From: Vicugna vicugna
Lineage: Eukaryota
Assembly (NCBI GenBank): GCA_013265495.1
Contig: MU058444.1
Location: 1,240,001 to 1,304,000, forward strand
Length of the DNA: 64,000 nucleotides
Direction: 5' to 3'
The translations under genes were made by a program, and so were the position numbers. The notes under the pieces were generated by a model. It did not search any database. It was not told the origin of the DNA and saw only the letters and a program-made list of their open reading frames with translations. Positions 62,451 through 64,000 of the stretch are shown here, piece by piece; position 1 is the first letter of the stretch; every line of letters begins with the position of its first letter.

Positions 62451-63644
62451 AATCCAGGTGCCCTTTTTGGCAGAAATTGGCAAGCTGACCCTGGATTAAT
62501 ATGGAAATGCAAGTGACCCAGAGGAGCCCAAGCCCTCTGGAAAAAGAACAAAGTTGGAAAACTCACATTTCCTGTTGGAAACAATCCAATTATCAATAGC
62601 GGAATGGCTAAACAAAATGTAGTCGATCCATGAAATAGAGTATTATTCAGCCATAAAAAGGAATGAAGTGTTGATACCTGCTACAACACGGATGAATCTT
62701 GAAAACATGCTTAATAAAAAGCCAGACACAAAATATATATATAAAATCAAATAAAATATAATAAAACTGAAAGCAGCAGTAAAGTTGGAAAACCAGGTGG
62801 AGCTGAGAAAAATTCAAGACGTAATACTGCAGGACTTTGTGATACTTGGGATATGGGGGAAGGAAGGAGAGGAATTTTGGGTTTGCGCTTCCCGGACTGA
62901 ATGAACTGTGCTGGCATTCCCTGTGACAGGAAATCCTCGACACAGTCTGGGGTTGGCAAGGGGAGACCATGAATCCAATTTTGCAGATACTGAGCTTGAA
63001 TTGCTTTTGAGATATCCAAATAATGATGTCTGGTGAGCAGCTGAACATGAGGACTGGAAGTTAAGAGACAGATGTGAACACACATCTGGAAGACATGGGT
63101 CCACAAATGGTCAGGGAAACGGTGAGTGTGGATAAAAGAGTCATGAGGGATCTGAATATTTACCAGACATTTACAGGCCACCGAGCCAGTCCAGTTCCAG
63201 CCTGAAGAAACAGAGAGGCAGGGCTTAGGGAGTAAGGGTGTGTTAAACAGAAACCAAGGAGGGGTGTACTTAGAGCAGGGGGGCTGCAGAAATGGCTCCT
63301 CTCTTTACAATACACCCAACAGGAATGTGGGTTCACTGTGACAAGGGGCACCAAACTTGGGGATTTCCTACGAACCCATACCCTACATGTGTCTCCCTGC
63401 ACCTCCGCATGCCTGCTGGCCAGGACCAGTGGGACAGGGCTCAGTACTGGAAGAAAAGCCACAGTATTTAGTGGGGTAATTTGCCACCTAGCGCTTGTCT
63501 GGTCCGTGCGTGGGTGGGCCATGAGCGGTCTTACAGACATAAAGGCTTTAAACCTCTTTTCAAGGGAAGAAAGAAGATTCCACAGGCCATTCTGGAGGAC
63601 AGAAGATTTGTAGAGCCAAGAAAAGACTTTGCATGACATTATAA

Positions 63645-63880
63645 TGGCAGACATCTATGTAACTTTTGTCCAAACTAAGGTGAACTGTGGACTTTGGTGA
63701 CTATGATGTGTCAATGGAGGCTCATCTTTAGTTTAAAAAAATGACCACTCTGGTAAATAAAAATAACAATTGCGCACATACGTGTATGTAGGGGTGGGTA
63801 TATGGGAAATTTCTGTACCTTCCTGTCAATTTTGTTGGAAATCTAAAACTGCTCCCCAAAAAAGTCTTAAAATTAAAAAC
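63645..63880 (+). mobile_element. L1MC-type 3' end
   Basis: tgaactgtggactttggtgactatgatgtgtcaatg...gggtatatgggaaatttctgtaccttcctgtcaattttgttggaaatctaaaactgctc. Confidence 0.75.
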
Positions 63881-63936
63881 AGGAACACTCAGTGTTAGGG
63901 TAGACATTTTGGGCAAGACTTTGGTTTTCAGTTATG

Positions 63937-63972
<36 letters not shown>
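63937..63972. repeat. Compound microsatellite (TA)12(CA)6
   Basis: Counted directly. Confidence 0.93.
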
Positions 63973-64000
63973 TATATACATATTATATGTGTGTGCTTAT

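Noticed and set aside
35320..64000. HMGCLL1 exon 1 and promoter
   Set aside because: No minus-strand sequence encoding an MGNVPSAV-like N-terminus and no CpG island were seen; probably beyond the window end.
1..64000. CRISPR arrays, operons or other prokaryote-type systems; intact mobile-element ORFs
   Set aside because: The sequence is mammalian intronic DNA; no repeat-spacer arrays were seen, and every L1 and ERV coding remnant is short or disrupted.

Overview
Mammalian genomic DNA, most likely a camelid (camel/alpaca/llama). The inference rests on six copies of a tRNA-Ala-derived Vic-1-type SINE, with no Alu, B1 or Bov-A/BovB repeats recognised. The whole window lies inside one minus-strand gene, HMGCLL1 (HMG-CoA lyase-like 1). 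Five consecutive coding exons (81, 108, 96, 149 and 64 bp; all introns GT-AG) splice into an uninterrupted 166-codon frame that includes the EVGPRDGLQNE active-site motif. Exon 1 and the 3' exons fall outside the window. The rest is intronic: many L1 fragments (mostly antisense to the gene, several with target-site duplications), L2/MIR relics, MER and Tigger DNA-transposon relics, MaLR LTRs, an ERV1-like solo LTR, a decayed ERV-L provirus and microsatellites. I found no convincing new multi-gene system. The best leads are a TSD-flanked, A-tailed non-repeat insert that looks like a retroposed mRNA 3'UTR (4326-4757), a Tyr-to-Cys change in the conserved GCPYEG motif, a closely spaced inverted SINE pair, a candidate L1 3' transduction and a textbook twin-primed L1. 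Repeat family names and ortholog comparisons come from recalled consensus sequences, not from a search.
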